The translations under genes and the position numbers were made by a program. A stretch of DNA of 64,000 bases, from assembly GCA_963716395.1 (NCBI GenBank), contig OY970309.1, positions 2,368,001 to 2,432,000 of the forward strand, read 5' to 3'. Below are positions 44,781 to 53,620 of this stretch, piece after piece. Positions within the stretch are counted from its first letter, which is position 1. Each line of letters starts with the position of its first letter. The notes beneath the pieces were generated by a model that saw nothing but the letters and a program-made list of their open reading frames with translations, did no database searches and had not been told where the DNA came from. This stretch comes from an uncultured Fibrobacteria bacterium. GTDB lineage: Bacteria; Fibrobacterota; Fibrobacteria; UBA11236.

Positions 44781-45925
44781 CGGCGCCCGTGCCCGCTTGG
44801 GAGCAAGCCTTCCGGGATTTTCCCGTCAACCGCAACTTCATCTGGCTCAACAACTGCGGCACGACGCCCACGCCCGGGCCGGTGCTGCGCACCTTACTCC
44901 GCTTTCACGAGGACTACGCCGCCTGCGGCCTGGCTGCGCCCGATTGGAATTACGCCGGCGTGCAGGCCTCCATCCGCCGCCGTCTGGCGCGTCTGCTCGA
45001 TGCGCACCCCGACGAGTTCGCCCTGATTCCCCATACCGCCGAGGGCATGAATTTTCTGAGCCACGGCGTGCGGCTGCGGGCGGGGCAGACCCTGCTACTG
45101 GCGGCCGACGAATATCCCAGCAACGTCTATCCCTGGGAGCATTGGCGCCGGCATGGGGTCACCTTGGAGTTTCTGCCCCTGGGCCGCAGCCCGGAAGAAT
45201 TTCTCCAAGGCTTCGAGGCGCGACTGCGGCGGGGCGATGTGGGCGCGGCTACCCTGTCGGCCGTGCACTGGTGCACCGGCATGCCGTTGCCCCTGGCGGC
45301 CGCCGGCGCCCTGTGCCGGGAACGCGGAATTCCGCTGTTCGTCGACGGTGCGCAAGGCGTGGGCTTGCTGCCGCTGCGGCCGCGCGCGGCAGGCGTGGCG
45401 GGTATGGCGTTCTCGGCCTGGAAATGGCTGCTGGGGCCGTTGGGATTGGGGGTGCTCTACGTGGCGCGCGAATGGGTCGACCGTCTCGAACCCATTTTCA
45501 AAGGGCCGGAATCGGTGGTCGAGGACGCACGCTATTTGCCCTACCGCGAAACGCTCAAGCCCGGCGCGGCGCGCTTTTCCATCTCCACCGGCAGCTTCGC
45601 CGCCTTGATCTACTTCGACGCCAGCCTGGCTTATCTCGAAGCCCTGGGCTGGGGCGCGGTGCAGCAACGTCTGGCCGAGTTGGGCGGCTTGATCTGGCGA
45701 CGCTTGCAGGCGGCCGGGTTCGTCGGCGCCTGGGAAGGCACGGGAAGTTCGGCCCTGGTGGCGGTGCGGCATCCGTCGCTGGACGCGGCTGACGCCGTGC
45801 GCCGCCTGCGGGAACAGGGCGTCGTGGCCGCCGAACGGTTGGGCCATATCCGCCTGGCGCCGCATGTGTACAACGATTCCGAGCAGTTGGAACGCGTCGC
45901 GGCTTGGCTGGAATCGTGGCGGTAA
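44777..45925 (+). CDS. Class V PLP aminotransferase (cysteine desulfurase/lyase-like)
   Basis: WLNNCG, EYPSN, VDGAQ, SAWKWLLGP (PLP Lys), RLAPHVYN. Confidence 0.9.
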   Translation: MTAPVPAWEQAFRDFPVNRNFIWLNNCGTTPTPGPVLRTLLRFHEDYAACGLAAPDWNYAGVQASIRRRLARLLDAHPDEFALIPHTAEGMNFLSHGVRLRAGQTLLLAADEYPSNVYPWEHWRRHGVTLEFLPLGRSPEEFLQGFEARLRRGDVGAATLSAVHWCTGMPLPLAAAGALCRERGIPLFVDGAQGVGLLPLRPRAAGVAGMAFSAWKWLLGPLGLGVLYVAREWVDRLEPIFKGPESVVEDARYLPYRETLKPGAARFSISTGSFAALIYFDASLAYLEALGWGAVQQRLAELGGLIWRRLQAAGFVGAWEGTGSSALVAVRHPSLDAADAVRRLREQGVVAAERLGHIRLAPHVYNDSEQLERVAAWLESWR

Positions 45926-47058
45926 ACGTGGCGGTAAACGCGGCGCGCGGCATCCGCCGCGCTCCCGACGGAAAGCTGGCCGAAGAAGCCGCGCGCGCCT
46001 TCGCCCTTTTGCGGCCGATGGTCACGCGTTGGTTTCGGAAACAGGCGCGTGACCTTCCCTGGCGCCGCGCCGCGGGCGGAGCCGGACCGGTGTACCTGCG
46101 CCGCGACCCGTACGCGACCTGGATCTCCGAAATCATGCTGCAGCAAACCCAGGTGGCGGCCGCCGTCCCCTTCTACGAGCGCTGGATGCGCCGCTTTCCC
46201 GACGTTGCGGCGTTGTCCCGCGCTTCCGAAGCCGACGTGCTGCGGGCCTGGGCCGGCCTCGGGTATTATGCCCGCGCCCGCAACCTGCGGCGGGCCGCGC
46301 AACGCGTGGCGTCCTCGGGGTTTCCCCGCGATTGGCAAGGCTGGCGCGGCTTGCCGGGCATCGGCGATTATACCGCGGGCGCCGTCGCCTCCTTGGCCTT
46401 GGATCAACCGCATCCGATTCTTGACGGCAATGTGGCGCGCGTGTTCAGCCGTTGGTTGGGGCTCGGGTTTCGACCCGACGGCGGTGCGGCGCGGCGCGCC
46501 TATTGGGATTTGGCAGAGCGTTGGGTCCGCGGCCGGCAACCGGGCGAGGCCAACGAAGCCCTGATGGAATTCGGCGCTTTGGTGTGCACGCCGGCCGCGC
46601 CGGCCTGCGCGATATGCCCGGTCGCGGCGCATTGCCGGGCGCAACAACGGGGATGGCAGCTTCGGCTGCCTCCGCCCAAGCCGCGTCCGGCGGCCGAAGC
46701 CGTGCAGGGAACAGCCCTGGTGGCGTCGCGGGCGGGCCGCATTGGAATGGAGTTACGGCCGCGCGGCGGATTTTTGGCCGACCATTTCGCCTTTCCCCTG
46801 TTCTGGTCGACGGACGGGGATTGGGCGGTGCAATGCGCCGCGCGTTATCCCGGATTGAAATCCAAGACCGACGCCAAACCGCTGGGCGTGGTGCGGCATA
46901 CCATCATGCACCGGCATTACGCGCTGACCGTCCTCCGCTGCGAGTATGCGGTGTCGCGGGGAAAACCGCCGCCGTGGCGGTGGTTTTCCGCCGCCGGTCT
47001 GGAGGCACGCCTCACCAATGCCTTGACGCGCAAAATCTGGCGCGCCGCCGCCAGGTAA
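45916..47058 (+). CDS. mutY: A/G-specific adenine glycosylase
   Basis: SEIMLQQTQV, GLGYYARARNL, LPGIGDYT, DGNV, C-x6-C-x2-C-x5-C; start uncertain. Confidence 0.93.
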   Translation: MAVNVAVNAARGIRRAPDGKLAEEAARAFALLRPMVTRWFRKQARDLPWRRAAGGAGPVYLRRDPYATWISEIMLQQTQVAAAVPFYERWMRRFPDVAALSRASEADVLRAWAGLGYYARARNLRRAAQRVASSGFPRDWQGWRGLPGIGDYTAGAVASLALDQPHPILDGNVARVFSRWLGLGFRPDGGAARRAYWDLAERWVRGRQPGEANEALMEFGALVCTPAAPACAICPVAAHCRAQQRGWQLRLPPPKPRPAAEAVQGTALVASRAGRIGMELRPRGGFLADHFAFPLFWSTDGDWAVQCAARYPGLKSKTDAKPLGVVRHTIMHRHYALTVLRCEYAVSRGKPPPWRWFSAAGLEARLTNALTRKIWRAAAR

Positions 47059-47103
47059 CCATACTGTTACCTACGAGCGCCGCGAAGGCGCGGCCGTCTG
47101 AAG

Positions 47104-49737
47104 TCAACGTCGCCGCGACGCCGCGGTTTTTCCCAGCGGCGCGGCGCGGGTCGACGGCGCGGCGACGGGGAGGGAACAGCAGCGAAAGCCGATGACTTCG
47201 TTGGCGTACTGCGGTTGGGCCGGCGCCGTACCCAAAAAGGAATAGGCGTAGAGGAAATGGATGACGTACTGGCCGTTCTGTTCCAATGGAACCCAGGGCG
47301 GCCCGATTTGGCGGTAGAGAATCGGGGTGAGCGCGGCATAGGAAGTATCGTGCAGCATTTCCACCGCGTCCAAGGTGTCGGGAATGGATACCCCGGTCTC
47401 AGTATTGACGAAGGTGACGGCGGCCAGGGTCAAGGTCGTGAGTTGCACATCGGTGGGCCGCAGCCCTTGATAAATCGTATCCGCGGGCATGGCATAGGAA
47501 ACCGGTTGATCCACGCCGCGCAACAGAAATAAAACCTTGCTGCTGTCGTGCGACGGCGACACCGTGTCGATAGCGCGGTTCCACAGCGAATCGGGAATGG
47601 GCAGACAGCGTACGGGGTTGGTGGGGCTGTTGTACAGCACCGCCACCATGGGACGGGCCGAATCCACGCAACCGGGGGCCGGACGCGGCCGCACTTCGGC
47701 CGGATAATCGCGGTTCGAACAGCGGGCTTGATGCAGCATGGCCGCCGGGGACAAGGAAGATGCGAGGTAAAAGTACCCGCGATAGCCGTGCAGCGCCGTA
47801 TCCGACGGCGTGGTCAGGGGAACGCCTGGCTGCAAGGTGTCGGGTTGGCCGGCATAATCGCCGGCCACATAGGGATCGAGCGTCCACTCGGCCAGATTGC
47901 CCGACATATCGTAGACACCTCCGGTGGTGAGGCAAACGGGGTTGCGTAACGCCGGCGTGGTGGCCATGGCCGAATCACCCGTGCCGATATTGCATTCGAA
48001 GCGCAGATCGTTGGGGTCGCTTTGCTCGGATTGCACCCCGTAAACCAGCGCAACCGAGTCCGATCCTTTGCAGGCGCGCTCCCATTCGGCTTCGGTGCAT
48101 AAGTGGCTGCTGTCGGCCGGGGCCATGGCCGCGCAGGTCTGTTCGGCGGTTTTCCACGTCACTTTGGCGGCGAATCGGCCGGTGCTGTCTTTGTGTTCGT
48201 AGGGTTCGATGCAGTAGGAACCGAGATAATGCGACGCCGCGGGTTTTTCGTCGGCATCGCCGTCGGCTCCCGTGTCGCCCAGAATGAAATTTCCGGCGGG
48301 AATGGGAATAAAACCGGGCGGACAGGAATCGGCGCTGTCGGCGCCGGAGAAGCGCACCGGCAAAGTGGTGACGCCGAGCGAATCAAGCAGAGAGGGGTAG
48401 CCGGTCGAATCGACCGACTGCACGAACACGCGGTAGTCGGTGCCGGGCGGCAGGTAGCGTACCGTATCGGTGAAAACCGAATCGGGGAAATTGAGGGAGT
48501 CGATGGTCAGGGTGGTTTGCACGCTGCTGCCGCCCGGCCCCGAGCGGGTGAGGAGGTACTCCTGGATATTGGCATTGGGAACCGCGGCCGGAGCGAGCGT
48601 TCCGTCGGATTTCGCGATCAAATCGCGGCTGGCCGTGAAAGTGTACATGAACCGGTTCTGGGTCACGCTGCCGGCCAAAAGGCTGAGTTGCGGCGTGGTG
48701 GGTTGGGTGGTGTCGGTCAGAATCACGTTGACCGACGTGTTCGAGTCGGTGGCATTGCCGGAGGTATCCACGGCCCAGAGACGGATCTTGATGGTGTCGA
48801 GCGGCGACAGGCCATTGACCACGGCCTGCAAGCTGTCGCCCGGGTCCAGGCCGTGCCGGCTGACAACCCGCTGCGAGTCGGGCAGAATGAATTTCCAGGT
48901 TGGATTTGTTCCCGGCAGGGAGTCGCCGATCACCTGGGCGGAACGATCCCGGCCGCCGTCGAGGTAATGCACGGTGGGGATGAAAACCGGATGGCTGCCA
49001 TGCAGTTTGTTGGCCAATTGTACGACCAGCACGTATTCGCGAATGATTCCCGTATCGGCGCCGGGATCGAAAAAACTGGTCGGGTCCAGGGGGCGGCTCC
49101 AATCGATGGTCAAGTATCGCGGCCCCGGTGTATAGCGCGGCACCAGCGGACTGGGGGGGAATTTATCGTTGGTGATCACCACGCCGTAGCGCGGGGGGCC
49201 GTTGCCTTCGCTATAGTTGGCAATCAGTGCGAAGATCAATTGCCCCGTAGAATCCACCCGCCCGGTGGTGTCGATGGCGATGATTTCGGAACTGTTGCGC
49301 GGCACCACCTGCATGGCCGGGTTCGAGTCATCCACCACGAAAACAATGCTGTCGGTGTTGATGCCGCTGCCCGGCATGATGGCCGCGGCCAAGGTTCTAT
49401 CCTGGCTGATGTCGGCCCAGGTTTTACCCGGCACGCCGGGCAAGATGGTGTCGACGTAAATCCGGTATTCGATCAGGCCCACGGTGTCGGCCGGCTGATT
49501 CCAGTACAAGACGTATTTATGGGTACTCTGACAAACCGCGACCGACGGGAAGGGCGTTTTCCCGCTTTGGCAAAAGGGATGGTTTGCCGCCGCCGTGTCG
49601 ATGTCGAAAACGACGGGCGAACGCTGGTAATCGCTGTTGTTCTGGTTGTTGATGTTCGAACAGCCGACGGCGGCCAGAGCCCATGCGCCCAACGCGGTCA
49701 AAAGCCGCGTGCGCTGAAACGGAAATCGGGCGCGCAT
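47104..49737 (-). CDS. Large lipoprotein: Fn3-like repeats plus FGE/SUMF1 (C-type lectin fold) domain
   Basis: Lipobox AVGC; Thr/Asp-rich Fn3-like units; LCTEAEWERAC, YDMSGNLAEW, GFRCC. Confidence 0.82.
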   Translation of the reverse strand: MRARFPFQRTRLLTALGAWALAAVGCSNINNQNNSDYQRSPVVFDIDTAAANHPFCQSGKTPFPSVAVCQSTHKYVLYWNQPADTVGLIEYRIYVDTILPGVPGKTWADISQDRTLAAAIMPGSGINTDSIVFVVDDSNPAMQVVPRNSSEIIAIDTTGRVDSTGQLIFALIANYSEGNGPPRYGVVITNDKFPPSPLVPRYTPGPRYLTIDWSRPLDPTSFFDPGADTGIIREYVLVVQLANKLHGSHPVFIPTVHYLDGGRDRSAQVIGDSLPGTNPTWKFILPDSQRVVSRHGLDPGDSLQAVVNGLSPLDTIKIRLWAVDTSGNATDSNTSVNVILTDTTQPTTPQLSLLAGSVTQNRFMYTFTASRDLIAKSDGTLAPAAVPNANIQEYLLTRSGPGGSSVQTTLTIDSLNFPDSVFTDTVRYLPPGTDYRVFVQSVDSTGYPSLLDSLGVTTLPVRFSGADSADSCPPGFIPIPAGNFILGDTGADGDADEKPAASHYLGSYCIEPYEHKDSTGRFAAKVTWKTAEQTCAAMAPADSSHLCTEAEWERACKGSDSVALVYGVQSEQSDPNDLRFECNIGTGDSAMATTPALRNPVCLTTGGVYDMSGNLAEWTLDPYVAGDYAGQPDTLQPGVPLTTPSDTALHGYRGYFYLASSLSPAAMLHQARCSNRDYPAEVRPRPAPGCVDSARPMVAVLYNSPTNPVRCLPIPDSLWNRAIDTVSPSHDSSKVLFLLRGVDQPVSYAMPADTIYQGLRPTDVQLTTLTLAAVTFVNTETGVSIPDTLDAVEMLHDTSYAALTPILYRQIGPPWVPLEQNGQYVIHFLYAYSFLGTAPAQPQYANEVIGFRCCSLPVAAPSTRAAPLGKTAASRRR

Positions 49738-49827
49738 GGGAAGAACTTCGGCGCCGCTCTGCGCCACGGTTTCATCAGGCGGTATGATACAAAAGCGGGC
49801 GGCGCGCACCCAAACCAAAGGCCGGAT

Positions 49828-50115
49828 TCAGGCCGGGATTGAAACCGGGGAAACCGAAAAGGCGGGCTCGACGCGCACGGTGGGGCGTGACTTCTTGCCG
49901 CGCACTTCGTAACGCACCACTCCGCTCACCAAAGCGAAAAGCGTGTGATCGCGTCCCATGCCGACATTGCCGCCGGGATGCCATTGCGTGCCCCGCTGCC
50001 GCACCAGAATGTTGCCGGCAATCACCGGTTCGCCGCCGAATTTTTTTACGCCCAGATATTTCGGGTTGGAATCGCGGTTGTTGCGGGTGCTTCCGAGACC
50101 TTTTTTGTGCGCCAT
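49828..50115 (-). CDS. rpmA: 50S ribosomal protein bL27
   Basis: [26 protein letters not shown]. Confidence 0.98.
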   Translation of the reverse strand: MAHKKGLGSTRNNRDSNPKYLGVKKFGGEPVIAGNILVRQRGTQWHPGGNVGMGRDHTLFALVSGVVRYEVRGKKSRPTVRVEPAFSVSPVSIPA

Positions 50116-50118
50116 GGT

Positions 50119-50571
50119 CTAAGCCTCCTTCGCCATCGCCGCCGCGGCCACTTTTTCGCGCCGGGTCGGCTTCTTGATCTGCATCTTGCGTTTTTCCAAA
50201 GCCTGCGCGCGCACGCGGGCTCTTTGGGCGGCCGCTTCCTCTACGACCGCTTTTTCTGGGCCGCAGGAGATTTCGCGCACCAGCACTTCGGTATAAGCCT
50301 GCCGGTGACCCTGGGTACGGCGATAATGTTTGCGCCGGATTTTCTTGAACACCCGGATTTTGTCGTCGCGGTCGTGCTGCAAAACCTCGAGCTGCACGGC
50401 GGCGTCGGCCACATGCGGGGTCCCCACTTTCAACGTATTGCCATGGGAAAAAAGCAAGACGTCGGAAACCGTGATGACTTCGCCCACGGGCGCTTCGATT
50501 TTGGGGAGCTTCACCCGCTCGCCCGGAACCACTTTGTGCTGAAATCCGCCGCAGGCAATCACCGAATACAT
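50119..50571 (-). CDS. rplU: 50S ribosomal protein bL21 with C-terminal extension
   Basis: [25 protein letters not shown]; adjacent to rpmA. Confidence 0.96.
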   Translation of the reverse strand: MYSVIACGGFQHKVVPGERVKLPKIEAPVGEVITVSDVLLFSHGNTLKVGTPHVADAAVQLEVLQHDRDDKIRVFKKIRRKHYRRTQGHRQAYTEVLVREISCGPEKAVVEEAAAQRARVRAQALEKRKMQIKKPTRREKVAAAAMAKEA

Positions 50572-50665
50572 AACGTCACCTTTGCTGCTTCCTGTAACTT
50601 GGAGCCGGGGAAATGTACCAAATCCCCGCGCGGATTTAAAGAAAATAGGATGACCCGGTTCCAGC

Positions 50666-52504
50666 TCAAGGCGAAGACGGGGTTTGGATGCGGGTCATTT
50701 TGGCGCGTAACGCGGGATTCTTTCCGAATTCGGATAAATACGCGTTGGCAGAGCGCGCCAGACTTTCGCGGGCCGCCGCGTCGCCGGGCTGTTGTTGGTA
50801 ATTGGCGAGGTCGGCGCGCCAGCGCCAATAGCTCAGATTTTCCCGAAACAGTCTGATGTCGAGAAAGGCCGGGCGCCGCGAGAGCAACGCTTCCACGGTT
50901 TTCCGCAAAGACGGAGTCCATTCTTCCAAAGTCGCCTGGGCTTGGCATTGCAGATAGTCCAAATCGGCCGACGCGGGAAAAAGCGACTGGGCGGCGGCCA
51001 AGTCGGCCAGCGCGCCTTGCGGATGGGTGCGCACTTCCGATTGCAGGTTCATGAAGGTTTGCGCATCCAACTCCGCCGGCTGGGGCGGTACGCCTTCGGC
51101 GGACATCGGAATCGTGTCGGCGGTCACCGTCTCTGCCGGACGCGCTGCGGCATGCCGCAGGCGCGTCTTTTTCTTTGCCGCCGCCGCCGGCGCGGCTACG
51201 GCGGAAGCAGGCGGCGGAGCCGGCTGCATCGCAGGCGGGGCCGCGGAAAGCGGCGGCGGAGCGGAGCGCTCCGCATGCCGCCACGGTTTCCAGAGCGCCA
51301 GGCCGGCGCCCAATAGGAGCAAGGCGAATAGAATGGCCAGGGCCGAAGCAATCTTCCCGGCCCGAGGGCCGGTTTGCGAAAGGTCGGCGGGTGGCGGAGT
51401 CGCGGCAGGCGTCGCGGGGTGCAAGGGAACGGTCGGTGCCGGCGCTTCGGCGGGATCGGGCAACCAGTTGGCGGAGGTCAGAAATTCGGCGAGCACCTGT
51501 TCGGTCGTGCGGCCTGGTGCCAGGCTTTGGAACAAGGTCTCCAAGGCCGCGGCCAAAGCCCCGGCGTCGGCGAATTGTGCGGGTTGCTCCTGCCACGGCT
51601 TGCCGAAATCATGCCACACGATGCAGCGGTCGATGATGGCGCCGGCGCCGGGCAAGACGGCCTCGGCCGCCGGCACCAGGCGCGCATAGTCGCTGCGATC
51701 CAGAATGCGGGTGATGATTTGCGGCGCGTTTTCGCCGGGAAAGGGCGGGGTTCCGGTCAGAAGTTGAAAGTAGACCGCGCCCAGAGCATGCACGTCGTGA
51801 CGCGTGTCGCGAAACCCCTTCCAGAAACTTTCCGATCCGGGAATCCGGCCCGACGCGGTGGATCTCTGCAAGCGCGCCTTGCTCATGTAGGGAACGGTAC
51901 CCGACAGACCCTGCCGCATGGTGCGCAGGGTGTCGAGATCGGTTTTCGCCGTGCCGAAATCGATCAGCACCACGCGGCCCCGTTCGTCGCCGCGCGTGCC
52001 CAGAATGAGGTTGCCCGGCGAAATATCGCGATGGGCCAGACCCTGCACGTCGCGATCGGGCCAATGCAGGCGGGCCGCATGGGCATAGGCCAGGGCCCGG
52101 GCCGCCGAAAGCGCCAGAGCCGTGGCCACCCGCGGAGGCAGCAGGCTATTCCACGGACGTTCCGCATCCAGGTGCTCCACGCTACGCGCCAGCACTTCGC
52201 GCACGCTGTGGCCCACGATGTAATCGAGCAGCATGTAGCGGCGGCCTTCGAATTCGCCCTGGCTGCGCAGCGTCACGATTTGCGGGTGTTTGAGACGGCT
52301 GAGAATGAGGCCTTCGTCGAGAAAGGCACGCAGTTCCTCTTCGTTCAAGCCCGGCAGCGCCACTTTCAGAACACGGCGTTCGCGCAATTCCTCATCGAAG
52401 GCCAGGTAGATCTGGGCGTGGCCGCCGCGCCCGAGCGGACGTTCGATGCGGCAGCGTTCCACTCGCCGGTCCGTCCAGGAATCCAAACTCGACCAAGCCG
52501 TCAC
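50666..52504 (-). CDS. Transmembrane Hanks-type Ser/Thr protein kinase
   Basis: LGRGG, VLKV, HRDISPGN, IDFG, GTVPYM, DVHALG; TM; helical extracytoplasmic tail. Confidence 0.88.
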   Translation of the reverse strand: MTAWSSLDSWTDRRVERCRIERPLGRGGHAQIYLAFDEELRERRVLKVALPGLNEEELRAFLDEGLILSRLKHPQIVTLRSQGEFEGRRYMLLDYIVGHSVREVLARSVEHLDAERPWNSLLPPRVATALALSAARALAYAHAARLHWPDRDVQGLAHRDISPGNLILGTRGDERGRVVLIDFGTAKTDLDTLRTMRQGLSGTVPYMSKARLQRSTASGRIPGSESFWKGFRDTRHDVHALGAVYFQLLTGTPPFPGENAPQIITRILDRSDYARLVPAAEAVLPGAGAIIDRCIVWHDFGKPWQEQPAQFADAGALAAALETLFQSLAPGRTTEQVLAEFLTSANWLPDPAEAPAPTVPLHPATPAATPPPADLSQTGPRAGKIASALAILFALLLLGAGLALWKPWRHAERSAPPPLSAAPPAMQPAPPPASAVAAPAAAAKKKTRLRHAAARPAETVTADTIPMSAEGVPPQPAELDAQTFMNLQSEVRTHPQGALADLAAAQSLFPASADLDYLQCQAQATLEEWTPSLRKTVEALLSRRPAFLDIRLFRENLSYWRWRADLANYQQQPGDAAARESLARSANAYLSEFGKNPALRAKMTRIQTPSSP

Positions 52505-52533
52505 GTCGCCATCCGCCGCAGAGCTTGCGGGCC

Positions 52534-53580
52534 TCAGTTGTAAATGCCCGTCTCCGAAGAATCGCGGTACGCGGCGTCGAGATATTTGACCGGATATTTA
52601 TCCGCCAGGCTTTTGAGCAGACGACGGATTTCTCCCTCGGTTTTCGCCTCGCGTTGACCCATCAGGGCTTGCAGGATTTCCAGCCGGTAACTTTGGTATT
52701 GGCCGTCATACTTCTCGATCAGCAGGATGAGATGATATCCCAACGGGGTGCGGAACACCGGGGAGAGTTGTCCCACGTGCAACGTCCGCACCTCTTTTTG
52801 AAAGGCGGGATGGAAATCGTGGGGGTCGAAGCGCTGCAAGTCGCCGCCGGATTTTCCTTCGGGGCCTTCGCTGAACTCGCTGGCCGCGGCCATGAAGCGA
52901 CGGATGAGCAGGGGCGTGTCGTCGCTGTCGCGGATGAGTTGATCGCGGATTTCCTGGAGCTTGTAGCGCTTCTGATCGGCCTCCTGGGCCGAAGTGGTGT
53001 CGCCCACCAGCATGAGGATTTGCAGGGCGCGCAGCGAATCGTTGACGGGGAATTCCTGATGATGCTGCGCCCAGAAGGCACGCATATCCGCTTCGGTGGG
53101 CGGATCGATTTTGTCGACGCGGGTGGCCAGCACCTTGTTGGCCAGCAATTGCTTCTCGATTTTCGCCTTGAGCGCGGCTTCGGTTTCACCGGCCTGGCGC
53201 AGCGCATCGTGATAGCTGGCCTGATCGGGAAACTGCGCTTTGAAGCCCCGCATGGCCGTGTCGATGTCTTGGGCCGTGAGGGCGATATGCTTGACCCGGG
53301 CTTCATGCCGCAGCAATTCCTCGCCGATGAGTTTGGTGGCCACCAGTTTTTTCAGCGTGGCCAGGCGCGTGGGATTGTTGGGAGTATTGGATTGGGCGCT
53401 TTGGGCTTTGTCCATGAGTTCGGCCAGGGTGTCGATTTGGTTGCGGTGGATGGCCGCTCCCGCGACGGTGATGACTATGGGATCGGAGGACATCCGGTGG
53501 GTTTTGGCGGCCGCCGGCAACGCTGTCAATACCATGACGGAAATGGCGGCCAGAGAAGCGATGGGGAAAAAGGATGGCAT
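52534..53580 (-). CDS. PpiC-type peptidyl-prolyl isomerase (SurA/PrsA-like)
   Basis: Signal peptide; SurA N domain; FSEGP...GGDL...F...GQLSPVFRTPLGYHLI. Confidence 0.88.
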   Translation of the reverse strand: MPSFFPIASLAAISVMVLTALPAAAKTHRMSSDPIVITVAGAAIHRNQIDTLAELMDKAQSAQSNTPNNPTRLATLKKLVATKLIGEELLRHEARVKHIALTAQDIDTAMRGFKAQFPDQASYHDALRQAGETEAALKAKIEKQLLANKVLATRVDKIDPPTEADMRAFWAQHHQEFPVNDSLRALQILMLVGDTTSAQEADQKRYKLQEIRDQLIRDSDDTPLLIRRFMAAASEFSEGPEGKSGGDLQRFDPHDFHPAFQKEVRTLHVGQLSPVFRTPLGYHLILLIEKYDGQYQSYRLEILQALMGQREAKTEGEIRRLLKSLADKYPVKYLDAAYRDSSETGIYN

Positions 53581-53620
53581 GCGAGGACTCCGCCCCGGCG
53601 TGGAAGGTGGATTCCGGGGT

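Noticed and set aside
47104-48330. FGE-domain gene as a diversity-generating retroelement target
   Set aside because: No template repeat or reverse transcriptase visible in the window
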